A stretch of 63,413 nucleotides of DNA, filler included, from Chiloscyllium plagiosum (lineage: Eukaryota): the NCBI RefSeq assembly GCF_004010195.1. It is 3 parts of one record of this genome, joined end to end, with 100 filler letters (N's around TTAATTAATTAA, not from the genome) between each part and the next. Parts side by side here need not be neighbours in the genome. Positions count along the whole stretch, not along the records: positions 18,570 to 44,133 come from NC_057712.1; 2 more parts are not named here. One strand, 5' to 3'. The notes beneath the pieces are model-generated. The model had not been told where the DNA came from, ran no database searches, and saw nothing but the letters and a program-made list of their open reading frames with translations. The translations under genes were made by a program, and so were the position numbers. Shown in pieces: positions 24,274 through 35,713 of this stretch; the first letter of the stretch is position 1, and each line of letters begins with the position of its first letter.

Positions 24274-26649
24274 CCGTAACGATTGTGTTTCATGAGACCA
24301 ATATCCAGGGAGGAGGAACTGTGAATGTATGAGTGTTTTGTTTGGCTGGGCTGAGTTATTACTATTTATTTATTTGTTGTTAGGTATTTATTTAGTCAGT
24401 TAAATAGCTAGTTTAGGTATTTTTTTAATTTTATACTTCTCTATATATGTTTATACATTCGTATAGGAGGGTGGGTTGGGGAATGTTTTTTATTATTTGG
24501 GTTTAGTTTTGTACTATTTTTGTACTGTTTTGAATTGCATTGTTTTGTATTTGTTGTAATATTTAAAAATCTATTTTTTCTTAATAAAAATATATTATAT
24601 AATAAAAGAAAGGTGGTAAGGACAAGCCAAGGAACTATAGACCAGTGAGCCTGACCTTGGTGGTTGGCAAGTTGTTGGAGGGAATCCTGAGGGACAGGAT
24701 GTACATGTATTTGGAAAGGCAAGGACTGATTAGGGATAGTCAACATGGCTTTGTGCGTGGGAAATCATGTCTCACAAACTTGATTGAGTTTTTGAGGAAG
24801 TAACAAAGAGGAATGTTGAAGGCAGAGCAGTAGATGTGATCTATATGGACTTCAGTAAGGCGTTCGACAAGGTTCCCCATGGGAGACTGATTCTCAAGGT
24901 TAGATCTCACGGAATACAGGGAGAATTAGCCATTTGGATACAGAATTGGCTCAAAGGTAGAAGACAGAGGGTGGTGGTGAAGGGTTGGTTTTCAGCCTGG
25001 AGGCCTGTGACAAGTGGAGTGCCACAAGGATCAGTGCTGGGTCCTCTACTTTTTGTCATTTACATAAATGATTTGGATGCGAGCATAAGAGGTACAGTTA
25101 GTAAATTTGCAGATGACACCAAAATTGGAGGTTTTCCTCAGATTACAACAGGATCTTGACCAGATGGGCCAATGGGCTGAGAAGTGGCAGATGGAGTTTA
25201 ATTCAGATAAATGCTAGGTGGTGCATTTTAGGAAAACAAATCTTAGCAGGACTTATACACTTAATGGTAAGGTCCTAGAGAGTGTTGCTGAACAAAGAGA
25301 CCTTGGAGTGCAGGTTCATAGCTCCTTGAAAATGGAGTTGTAGGTAGATAGGATAGTGAGGAAGGCGTTTGGTATGCTTTCCTTTATTGGTCAGAGTATT
25401 GAGTACAGGAGTTCAGAGGTCATGTTGCGGCTGTACAGGACATTGGTTAGGCCACTGTTGGAATATTGCATACAATTCTAGTCTCCTTCCTATCAGAAAG
25501 ATGTTGTGAAACTTGAAAGAGTTCAGAAAAGATTTACAAGGATGTTGCCAAGGTTGGAAGATTTGAGCTGCAGGGAGAGGCTGAACAGGCTAGGGCTGTT
25601 TTCCCTGGAGAATCAGAGGGTGAGGGGTGACCTTATAGAGGTTTACAAAATAGGCAAAGGCTTTTCTCTGGAGTCAGGGAGTCCAGAACTAGAGGGCATA
25701 GGTTTAGGGTGAGAGGGGAAAGATATAAAAGAGACCTAAGGGACAACTTTTTCACACAGACGGTGGTCAGTGTATGGAATGAGCTGCCAGAGGAAGTGGT
25801 GGAGGCTGGTACAATTGCAACATTCAGGAGGCATTTGGATGGGTATGTGAATAGGAAGGGTTTGGAGGGAAATAGGCTAGATTGGGTTGGGATATCTAGT
25901 CAGCATGGACAGGTTGGACCGAAGGGTCTGTTTCCATGCTGTACATCTCTATGACTTTATAAGTTTGGCATCATCCAAGACAAGGGAACCCATTTGATTG
26001 GCACCACATCCACATCTACGCTCAGTAGCAGCAATGTGTATCATCTACAAGATACACGGCTGAAATTCAGCAAGGCTCCTTCAACAGCACCTTCTAAACC
26101 AACAACCACTTCCAACTCAAAGGATAGGGGTAGCAGATATATGGGAACACCACCATCTGCAAGTTCCCCTTCAAGCCACTTACATCCAGACTTGGAATTG
26201 TTTCACTGTTTCTTCTGTGCTACTGGATGAAAGCCCTGGAATCCCTCACTTATGGCACTGCAGATATGTTTCAATTACATGGACTGTAGCAGTTGCAAGA
26301 AAATGACTCACCACTACCTTCTCAGGGGCAGGTAAGGATGGGCAATAAATGCTGGCTTAATCAGCACCTGCTTCCCACACACGAATGAAAAAATAAACGT
26401 TTTTGGACTCAGACAATCAAATGATATGGAGAGTAAGTGAGAACGTGGAATTGAGGCTCAGATTGGCTGTGAGCATATTCAGTGACAGTGGATGCTCAGT
26501 GGGCTGTATGTTGTTCCCCTGATCCCTTATTTTATGTCAGAAATTGGTAGCACATTTCGCTACCTAAAGTTGTCTAGAGTTTAAATTGGCCTTGAGAGCC
26601 AATTTTATTTATTGGCGAGAATGAATCCATGCTCTTTGTGAATTGCTCT

Positions 26650-28800
26650 GACTGAACTTTTGTCCCCTTCACTGTCCAGCCACACTACCTGATGGCGCTG
26701 TCAATTTGGTTCAGGAGGGCTGAGAAGTATGCCAAGAACTGGAAGGAGGATGTAGCCAAAGTGAAGCAGAAAATGGACATGTGGGAACAGTGATCCTTCT
26801 TCATTGTCAGTAAAGAATGACTCGCCAAGTATAAGGTGTTCTCAGTGTTTCTGTACATGGTGCAGTTATGGCCCACACTCTACTCTGATGTGACAGTCAC
26901 CCTAGTCATCTTCCACATTATCAGGAGTTCATAAACGGACAAAGTTCATAGAGACGATAAAATTCTCTCCACAAATGGGGATAAAAATATGCTAAGTCAC
27001 CCTCATCCTGATAACCAAATTGTATGCGGCTACATCAAGCATGTAGACTCTCATTCAAGTTGTAGTTCTATTCTGACCCTTGTGTTGTGAAGGAGTCATA
27101 GAGTCATAGAGCTGTACAGCATGGAAACAGACCCTTCAGCCTAATTCACCCATGCCAACTAGCTATCCTAAATTAATCTAGTCTCATTTGCCAGCACTTG
27201 ATCCATATCCTTCTGAACTCATCCTTTAACATACCCATTCAGATGGTCATATTGCCATTGTACCTTCCAGTTATTTGGACTATGCCAACCATCAATCGCT
27301 TTTATGAAAATTTCCAACAAGCGGTGGTCTACACAAGAACATCCTCAAGATGGCTGTAGTGGAGGAGATACTTTCAACTACCTCATTCTGGAATTTTCCT
27401 TTGCAAAGTAGGTCTGGAAGGAGATGCAATGGTTTCTGTAAAGGTGCATGCCGACTAATCCAATAACAGCGACAATATATATTAATGTTGTCTCATTAAT
27501 GTAATGAAACCTCTCAAGTTTGTTTCAGAAGAATATTATAATACAAAGTAAGACGCTGAGCCACATATGGAGGTATTAGGCTAGATGACCAAACATTTGG
27601 TCAAATGGGTTTTAAGAAATATCTTATTATGATCTCAGTGGAAATTCCAGATTTTATTGATGGAGCTTAAATTCCACTTGCTGCTGTGGTTGGATCAGAG
27701 CCTCTCCTCCCAGAGCCTCTGGGCCTCTGGATTACTCACCCATTGTACCGTCTTACTACTCTGCTTGTCTCAAATCTGCTTTAATGCTTTGACTGCTTGT
27801 TTCTATAAAGTATCACATACATAAAATCCAACACGGCCTTCCTATGGTAACATGGCATCCCTGAAGTGTCCCAGACAGAGACTCAAACTCATTAATTCCC
27901 ATTCCTAAATATTTCTGGAATAACACAAACAATTTAAACCCCTTCTGAAGATAATTGTAGAAGTTTCATCTTGGCTCAGAAAAAAGCTTCCCATTGTTTG
28001 ACTTATTCCTACTTCCAACTTGGGATGGGATACTCTTTAGAGGGTCGGTGCAGTCTTAATGGGCAGAATGGTCTCTATCTGTACTGTAGGGATTCAATGA
28101 TTTTTACTAAATAAGCACAGACCACCTCTAAATTGTAATTTCTCAAGGTCAGTTTACCAGCTCCTCAAACCAGATGCTTGCATAATCCTAACTTAAAACT
28201 TCAATCCTCAAACAAAATATTACACTCCTAAAACATTTTTGCACATTTCTTAAAGGAAGAAAGTGAGGCAGAGATGTGTGGAGAGGTAATTCTTGGACCT
28301 GGGACCTAGCCAACAAAGGCATGGCCACTAATGATGGAGCAAATAATCCGAAATCACCAAAGGACAGAATGAGAGGAGCACAGATATTTTGGCGGGTTGT
28401 ATGGTTAGAGGAAATTCCAAAGGCAAGAAGCAGCAAGGACATGGAGGAATTTGAAAACAAAGGTGAGGATTTTAAAATTAAGACATTGCTTGACTGCAAT
28501 ACTTGACAATCTACAGGCTGTCCACTGTATTGCACACCAAGAGAAATATCAACACCAAGAGGACTATCAAATCAGTGAAATTTGCACTTTGGTCAGCCCG
28601 AAACCTGCTGGTTTTCCAAAGAGCTATCCTTGACCAATTGGTGCAGATTGGCATGTTCCAAGATCTGGGAGTAAGTGCTGAAAGACTCACGAAAGCTTGG
28701 AGCAGTCATTGCTCATGGGGATAAAGCCAGTGTCTGAAGGCCCTCTTGCCACAGGATAAAAAGGGCACCAGGCCATTGTAAAACTGCATGGGCTGTATAA
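26650..28800 (+). mobile_element. Fragmented Tx1-like LINE relic (interrupted by other repeats)
   Basis: AKNWKEDVAKVKQKMDMWEQ...YKVFSVFLYMVQLWP near 26730-26875 and SVKFALWSARNLLVFQR near 28572-28622, recalling Tx1-clade ORF2 C-termini. Confidence 0.55.
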
Positions 28801-29004
28801 CATAAAATCAACATAGTAAATATAACCTGCTATTGTAACTTTAGTGAGGATCCTGGGAGTATCATGTTCTGTATTGAAAAAACCGAACGGTTTTACATTT
28901 TGTCGTGAAACTGAACTGCTATACCATATACTGCTACAAATTAAATGAATATAAAGTGTCCTATGGGGGATAAAATGTCCTACCAGACTCACCTGGAATT
29001 GTGG

Positions 29005-29219
29005 TCATGATTTGGAGATGCCAGTGTTGGACTGAGGTTTACAAAGTTAAAAATCATACAACGCCAGTCCAACAGGTTTAATTGGAAGCACTAGCTTTTG
29101 GAACACTGCTCCTTCATTAGGTGGTTGTGGAGTCAATCTCATCAGGGAGCAGCGCTCCGAAAGCTAGTGCTTGCAGTTAAATCTGTTAGACTATAACCTG
29201 GTGTTGTGTGTTTTTAACT
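29005..29219. mobile_element. Palindromic PLE derivative (family D, AGCU-type hammerhead)
   Basis: Inverted arms with the tail on the left arm. 12-bp TSD ctggaattgtgg (28993-29004, 29220-29231). Plus strand GGAGC-AGC-GCTCC-GAAAG-CTA-GTG at ~29145-29169; decayed opposite copy at ~29088-29122. Confidence 0.8.
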
Positions 29220-29577
29220 CTGGAATTGTGGGACTGTCTGGACATCTCCTGGATCTAGAAATTTGCCTTTTGAGCTGTCGACAGTGCCTGCAACCCATCA
29301 GATTGGGACCAGTGTAACAATTTACTGCAACATCATCATCAATCTCATAAATGTAAATTGTACAAATTTGCACACAATCACAGAATTCGAGATTGAAGAT
29401 AAATCCCCACAATACGCTGTATAAAATTGTCAATTGATGAAGAAGCAGCACTCCAAGAGCTTCTGATTTCAAATAAACCTGTAGGATTATAACCTGGTGT
29501 CACGTACCTTCTGACTTGCCCAGCCCAACAGCAGCACCTCCACATTATGGCTACCATTCTCCAATACACTATGCCAT

Positions 29578-30290
29578 ACAGTTAGTGAGTTTGCAAATGA
29601 TACCAAAATTGGAGGTGTAGTGGACAGCGAAGAGGGTTGCCTCAGATTAAAACAGGATCTTGACCAGATGGGCCAATGAGCAGAGAAGTGGCAGATGGAG
29701 TTTAATTCAGATAAATGCGAGGTGCTGCATTTTGGGAAAGCAAATCTTAGCAGGACTTATACACTTAATGGTAAGGTCCTAGGGAGTGTTGCTGAACAAA
29801 GAGACCTTGGAGTACAGGTTCATAGCTCCTTGAAAGTGGAGTNNNNNNNNNNNNNNNNNNNNNNNNNNNNNNNNNNNNNNNNNNNNNNNNNNNNNNNNNN
29901 NNNNNNNNNNNNNNNNNNNNNNNNNNNNNNNNNNNNNNNNNNNNNNNNNNNNNNNNNNNNNNNNNNNNNNNNNNNNNNNNNNNNNNNNNNNNNNNNNNNN
30001 NNNNGGGCATAGGTTTAGGGTGAGAGGGGAAAGATATAAAAGAGACCTAAGGGGCAACTTTTTCACACAGAGGGTGGTACATATATGGAATGAGCTGCCA
30101 GAGGAAGTTGTGGAGGCTGATACAATTGCAACATTTAAGAGGTATTTGATGGTTATATGAATAGGAAGGGTTTGGAGGGATATGGACTGAGTGCTGGCAG
30201 GTGGGATTAGATTGGGTTGGGATATCTGGTCGGCATGGACGGGTTGGACCGAAGGGTCTGTTTCCATGCTGTACATCTCTGACTCTATAT
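29578..30290 (+). mobile_element. CR1 LINE 3' part spanning a 162-N gap (29843-30004)
   Basis: FANDTKIGG...MEFNSDKCEVLHFG...RDLGVQVH before the gap; CR1 3' end and tail after it. Confidence 0.9.
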
Positions 30291-31042
30291 GGGATACAAC
30301 AGATCCCACTGCTCCCTGCAAACAATGCCAGAAGTGGTAAACCTGTAACACAGAACGTTATGAGCAGCAGCAAATCAACTAAAGATTAATTAAGTTTAGG
30401 TGACATTAAATCAGCTTTGCTTCCTAATATATGATATCCAACCACCGATCACCTGCCACAATTTAAATTATGATTTGATGTAATTAATGATTCCGGTGCA
30501 GTAAATAATCATATATGGTCTTATATCACTCAAGTACCATAAAACCAAAACAGCATTAACAATAGATTACTCAGGATTATTTGTGTTTACCATAATTGTT
30601 ATTTCCTTTCAGGACAAATGCTTGTGTTTAGACATACTTGACTTCTAAAATTCTTGGCAAGTGGCGTTCATAGCTATATCATGTTGCATTAAAATGTCAC
30701 ATTCCTAGAATGTTAGGTGCATCATTCCTAATGAATTACTAATCACATTGAAATTTCAAGCTCTTTAGACGTGGTTTAAGATTTGACAACTAGGCTACAT
30801 ATTTGGTTAAAGCAATTTTTTTCATAGAGAGACTAAGAGTTGTATCTGACAAAGAAGACGTGAGTATAAAGATAGGGATGGCTGTCAGGTTTGAACATTG
30901 TAAATAAATGCTTTACTTTATTCATGTGAAGCAATAAATGTTAAATAAATATTTTAGTCGGGAGGTTGCTTTTCAATTGGTTGGATGGCTAGTGTGTGGA
31001 TCGGAACAATAACATCATGGCGTCAATTCCTGCTCCAGGAAT

Positions 31043-31225
31043 AAAGGCAAAATACAGCAGATGCTGGAAATCTGAAACAAAAACAGAATGCTGGCGAAAC
31101 TCAGTAGGTCAGGCAGTATTTGTGAAGAGGGAAACAGAATTAATGTGTCGGCTCTAGTATGAATCTTCCTTTTCACAGACACTGCCAGAGTTGTTGAGTT
31201 TCTCCAGCATCTTTGGTGTTTGTTC
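31043..31225. mobile_element. Old palindromic PLE derivative (family B/C-like)
   Basis: gcagatgctggaaatctgaaacaaaaacagaatgctgg...tcaggcag arm mirrored by ctgccagagttgttgagtttctccagcatc. Confidence 0.65.
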
Positions 31226-31243
31226 CTGCTCTAGCTAATGGAG

Positions 31244-31336
31244 ATGGAAATGTGTTGCTGGAAAAGCGCAGCAGGTCAGGCAGAATCTAGGGAACAGGAG
31301 AATCGACGTTTCGGGCATTAGCCCTTCTTCAGGAAA
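31244..31336 (-). mobile_element. Solo PLE terminal repeat (family A), tail-less
   Basis: 13-bp TSD ctagctaatggag (31231-31243, 31337-31349); nearly identical to the left arm of 60287-60507. Confidence 0.85.
31301..31336 (-). ncRNA. Minimal type I hammerhead ribozyme motif (intact core, weak stem I)
   Basis: Minus strand: UUUC-CUGAAGA-A-GGGC-UAAU-GCCC-GAAAC-GUC-GAUU. Confidence 0.7.
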
Positions 31337-31525
31337 CTAGCTAATGGAGGCATGGGTCTATCTCCTCTGCTCACCCATTGTATAGAAATGTCGTGGTAGC
31401 TTGGCAAATAATTGCGAAGGACCTGTCTTCCGGGAGAGCTCTCAAACCGATCATGGTTTGTAAAGTTTGGAAGATGCTGTGGAAAACAAAGTTAATGTCA
31501 GTGAGTCAACTGGTACCTTGATTGC

Positions 31526-31539
31526 CCAGCAGATGGCGC
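31526..31539 (+). promoter_or_regulatory. Candidate CTCF site
   Basis: CCAGCAGATGGCGC matches the CTCF core CCASYAGRKGGCRS exactly. It lies in non-repeat, CpG-retaining sequence ~8 kb upstream of the MAP3K5 ATG. Confidence 0.55.
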
Positions 31540-33025
31540 CAGGAAACAATGTCAACAAAGTAGTGAATTCGAAACATGACTAACCTTCTTGAATTGCAGT
31601 TTCCCAGAACAGGTCTGTGCTTCTCCCGGCGGCCCGGAAGACCTACCCTTTTTAAACTCACCTTCATATTAGCATATACTTACTCCCCTTGTAATTTCCA
31701 TCATTACCTTATATTTTATGCAAATAACTAACCAAGCTTTTAAATAATCAACAGCTGCTGAAAATAAATTTTGTTTCTACATTTTTCTTTGCATTTAAAA
31801 AAAAAATTCATTTGACAGTGTTTTGTGTCATAATACTGTAAATGCAGTAAAATGTACGCGGCCCACCTTCAATCAGAATGCTGCACCAGCAGGAATCTCG
31901 GATGTCGCCCCCAGATGTCACTGTCACGACACACAAGAGGATTCTTGTCAGGACGAAATGATTGCAAAAGAAGATGGTTGAAGAATTTGTCCTTCAATGT
32001 TTACAATTGAAAGAGTGAAATGTGGACAAGCTCTGAAGTACTGCAAGTTGCAGTATACGTTCAGAGATGTTTTTAAATTGAACACTATAATTGCCTTGGA
32101 TATTTTTGATCGATCCTAGTGTATGGCAGATAATGCCAATTTTACTATAAATCTTATTGAGAAATATTCATAATAAGTATATATATTATATCTACCTATG
32201 TATAATGACACAATAAAGTTATTAAGTTATTTTCCTATCTAATTTTTGTCCAGTTTTGTGTTTCTCAAAAGGAAAAAATGCTACCATCTGATTTTGGCAT
32301 CAATTTTCATTTTAAGTACGTACAGCCAACTATAACTGTTGATGCTCCTGTTTGACCCCATGGGTGTATTTTGCTGGACGCAGTGGACCTGCTGCACAAA
32401 GACAATATTTATGTTCTCCACATTGGAGATAGGAAGAACTATGGCTCCTCCAGTAATCAAAAGCAGCACACTTAGCTTGCACCAACAGCTTGGAAGTAAT
32501 TCTGGTAGCACTCAGAAAACAAAAATAAAACAGAACTGCGATGCTGGAAATCTGTGAACAGAAGATGCTGCCGGACCTGCTAAGTTTTTCCATCAATTTC
32601 TGTTTCTGGTAACCATCATGTTTCCCCTATAATCAACAGTGATACATTGCATAATAGATCAATGGTACACCAATGATTACATGCTACATTTCAACATATT
32701 CACCCCATTACAAACCCTGTGCACTGCATAATACATAGCATGCACCTCCATCAACCTCAGTTGTAAAAACTCCCATTTGTCTCCCAATGTCATGCAACTC
32801 TGACTTTCAGTTCAGAAGAAGTCATATTGGAAACATGATCTCTTTTTCTGTCTTCACAGATGCTGCCAACATGCTGAGTTTCTCCAGCACTTTCTAGTTC
32901 TTTTATTTCTGATTGGAACTTAGGTTTTAAGTGAAGATGAGAATTCTGAACTGGGAAACCTCAATCAGAGTGGAGTGAGACTAAAATTTTATTTGCACTA
33001 ATCTGCACTGCCAACTCATTCCCCT

Positions 33026-33228
33026 GGAGAAAGTGAGGTCTGCAGACGCTGGAGATCAAAGCTGAAACTTTATTGCTGGAACAGCACAGCAGGTCAGGCA
33101 GCATCCAGGGAACAGAAGATTCGACGTTTCGGGCACATTCCTGAAGAAGGGCATGTGCCCGAAACGTCGAATCTTCTGTTCCCTAGATGCTGCCTGACCT
33201 GCTGTGCTGTTCCAGCAATAAAGTTTCA
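33026..33228. mobile_element. Young, near-perfect palindromic PLE derivative (family A)
   Basis: Arms 33063-33138 and 33153-33228 are almost perfectly complementary, with a tail at 33026-33062 on the left only. TSD (ca)actcattcccct at 33012-33025 and 33227-33240. Confidence 0.9.
33137..33172 (+). ncRNA. Minimal type I hammerhead ribozyme motif (best-preserved copy)
   Basis: AUUC (stem I) CUGAAGA A GGGC-AUGU-GCCC (stem II) GAAAC GUC GAAU (stem I'). All core residues are present; predicted cleavage is 3' of C33168; stem III is reduced to the palindrome ACGU. Confidence 0.8.
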
Positions 33229-34377
33229 ACTCATTCCCCTACCTTCCTCTTCTTCTTGAGTCTCAAATCCATTTCTAAATCTCATTTTTCCTCTCTTGTC
33301 TTTGGCTCCTAACCCTACTCTCTGTTACTCCACCTTGAGTCCCAATCACTGGACTCCAACCCTGAGAGAAATACCAATGAAAAATCATTAATACTTGGAA
33401 ATGAATGGACTGGTCATATTGGACCCCCATTTTAAAACATACACCACGATAGCAATATGTCTCATTCACAAGTTTTACTTTTTTTCACTTCTTGGTCATC
33501 TTCCTCTCTCCCTTCCCATATGCCAACATCTAGTCCTCCTTCTTCTCTGCTCAGAACCTGCAGCAGGAATCAGAGGATCCACTGCTGAAAATTGGAATTT
33601 ACAGTCTGTAGATTTCACAGGCTGCTTCTACAGTCATGCTGTGGGGACACCATATGAGTTGACAAGATACTGCTTGAAAATTTAAAAATGCTGGAAATCA
33701 CAGCATTTCAGGCAGTATCTGTGGAGAGAGAGCAAGCGAACGTTTCAAGTCGAGGTGATCCTTGATCAGAACTGGTAAGCCAAACTTACTGCTTGGCTGC
33801 ATTTTTTCTTGGAGCAGTCCAGGCACCATAAGTCTATGTAAATAGTTTTCCTATGATGTGCATGCATTTTTTTTAAATCATTTGTGGGATGTGAATGTTG
33901 TGGGCTGGCCCATCATTTATTACCCATGTCTAATTGCCTTTTGGAAAGTGGTGGTGAGCTGCCATCATGAACTGCTGCAGTCCATTTGTTGTAGGTAGGT
34001 CCATAGTGCTATTTATGTAAGACTACTAGAAAGAAGGCACTGTGGACAGTTGCTTAGTAAAATCTGCTGGTAAAGTACAAAAATTCCGAAGTGTGATAAT
34101 TATTTTGCTGGGGCCAGGAGGAGCAGAACTGCAGGTTGCAAAGGAATAATATAGGCCTTTCCACCTGAACAATTTCCCTGACCCCTCACAACTTACAAGT
34201 AACATGAGAATCCCACATTTCCCTCTATTCAACTGACCAACAGAAAGGATTTACATTTATGTAGCGCCTTTTGTGCCCTCATGAGATCGCAAAGCACATC
34301 AGAGTAAATTAAGTTTGTTTTTGAAGTGCAGTTACTATTGTAATGTAGTAAATGCAGCAAGCAATGTGTACCCATAA

Positions 34378-35110
34378 GTTCATAAATTCATAAGATATTA
34401 GAGCAGAATTAGGCCATTCAGCCCATCAAGTCTGATCACAGCTGCTATGCTCGTCATCCCCATTTTCCTGCCTTCTTTCTATATCCCTTCAACCCATTGC
34501 CAATTAAAAATCTGCCTAACTCCTCCGTAAATTTACTCACTGTTTCAGCATCCACCGCACTTTGGGGTATCAAATTCCCCAGATTCACAGCCCTGTGGAG
34601 GAAATAGTTTCTCCTCACCTCTGGTTTGAATTTGCTCCCCCTTATCCTTAGACTATCACCTCTCATCTTTGAACACTCCACAAGAGGAAGCATCCGGTCC
34701 ACATCTATTTTATCCACACCTTTTATCGTCTTGAATACCTCAATTTGATCTCCCCTCATTCTTCTAAATTCCAGAGAGTATAGGGCCAAACTGTTCAATC
34801 TCTCATCATACGACAAACCCCTCATCTCTGGGATCAATCTAATGAACTTCCTCTGAACTGTCTCCAATGTCATTACATCTTTCCTCAAGTAAGGGGACAG
34901 AAACTATGCACAATGCTCCAGGTGTGATCTCGCCAATGCCTTGTTTAGTTGCAACAATACTTCCTTACATTTATATTCTAATCCTTTAGCCATAAAAACC
35001 AACGTTCCATTTGCTTTCTTTATTATCTGCTATACCTGCATGCTAGTTTTGTGTGATTCATGAAAGAGTAGATCTAGATCCCTCTGCACCAGAGTCTCTC
35101 CCCATTAAGA
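34378..35110 (-). mobile_element. CR1 LINE 3' part (different subfamily)
   Basis: ORF 34454-34888: LETVQRKFIRLIPEMRGLSYDERL...RRMRGDQIEVFK; CR1 3' end with a (TTATGAA)-like tail. Confidence 0.88.
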
Positions 35111-35404
35111 TAATACCCAGCAAACGTACTCCAAATTCCAGTGAGATAATGGCCACATAGATAATTAGAGGTTGGTTGAGAGATAAATATTGGCCAGGAA
35201 ACCAGGACAAATGCCCACATTCTTTGAAAGTATGCCTTTGGGAACCTTTACATCAACTTGAGAGGATAGATGGGGCCTTGAATTGAAGTCACACATTTAA
35301 ATTTTGGCATATCCAATAGTGCAACACCATCAGTACCTATAGTTTGTGCTTACGTCCTAGTGTGGGACTTGAACCTATTTGAACCTTACAGTCCTGAGGA
35401 AGAG

Positions 35405-35713
35405 ACAGCATCTGAGGAGCAGGAGAATCGACATTTCGGGCCTAAGTCCTTCATCAGGAATGAGGCTTGTGGGTATTGGTTGAAGGGATATGGAGAGAAA
35501 GCAGGGAAAATGGGGAGGGGAGCATATCAGCCATGATTAAATGGCGGAGCAGACTCGATGGACCCCTTGGCCCACAAGCTTCATTCCTGATGAAGGGTTT
35601 ATGCCTGAAACATTGACTTTCCTGCTCCTCGGATGCTGCCTGACCGGCTGTTCTTTTCCATCACCACACTCTTCAACTCTGATCTCCAGCATCTGCAGTC
35701 CTTGCATCCTCCT
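35405..35713. mobile_element. Palindromic PLE derivative (family A) enclosing a captured CR1 3' fragment, nested in an older family-C pLTR
   Basis: Arms at 35405-35473 and from 35571; CR1-like filler at 35474-35570. TSD agt(c/t)ctgaggaagag at 35390-35404 and 35714-35728. Confidence 0.75.

Larger units (their letters stand above)
18709..24606 (+). mobile_element. Full-length (decayed) L1-clade LINE
   Basis: G-rich 5' end with YY1-type AAGATGGCGG (18727-18736), then ORF1, a ~600-nt inter-ORF spacer, ORF2, a T-rich 3'UTR and AATAAA (24583-24588). 15-bp TSD agaa(c/a)ggtggtaagg at 18694-18708 and 24607-24621. Confidence 0.93.
18570..25960 (+). mobile_element. CR1 LINE ORF2 3' portion, split by the L1 insertion (segments 18570-18708 and 24607-25960)
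   Basis: RTLWETREVIAGPLAEIF...WRLANMVPLF continues after the L1 as KKGGKDKP-NYRPVSLT, then YMDFSKAFDKVPH, GVPQGSVLGPLLF, KFADDTK and the 3' tail. Confidence 0.92.

Noticed and set aside
18709..24606. Active autonomous L1
   Set aside because: Both ORFs carry frameshifts or stops, and ORF2 is interrupted by an insertion.
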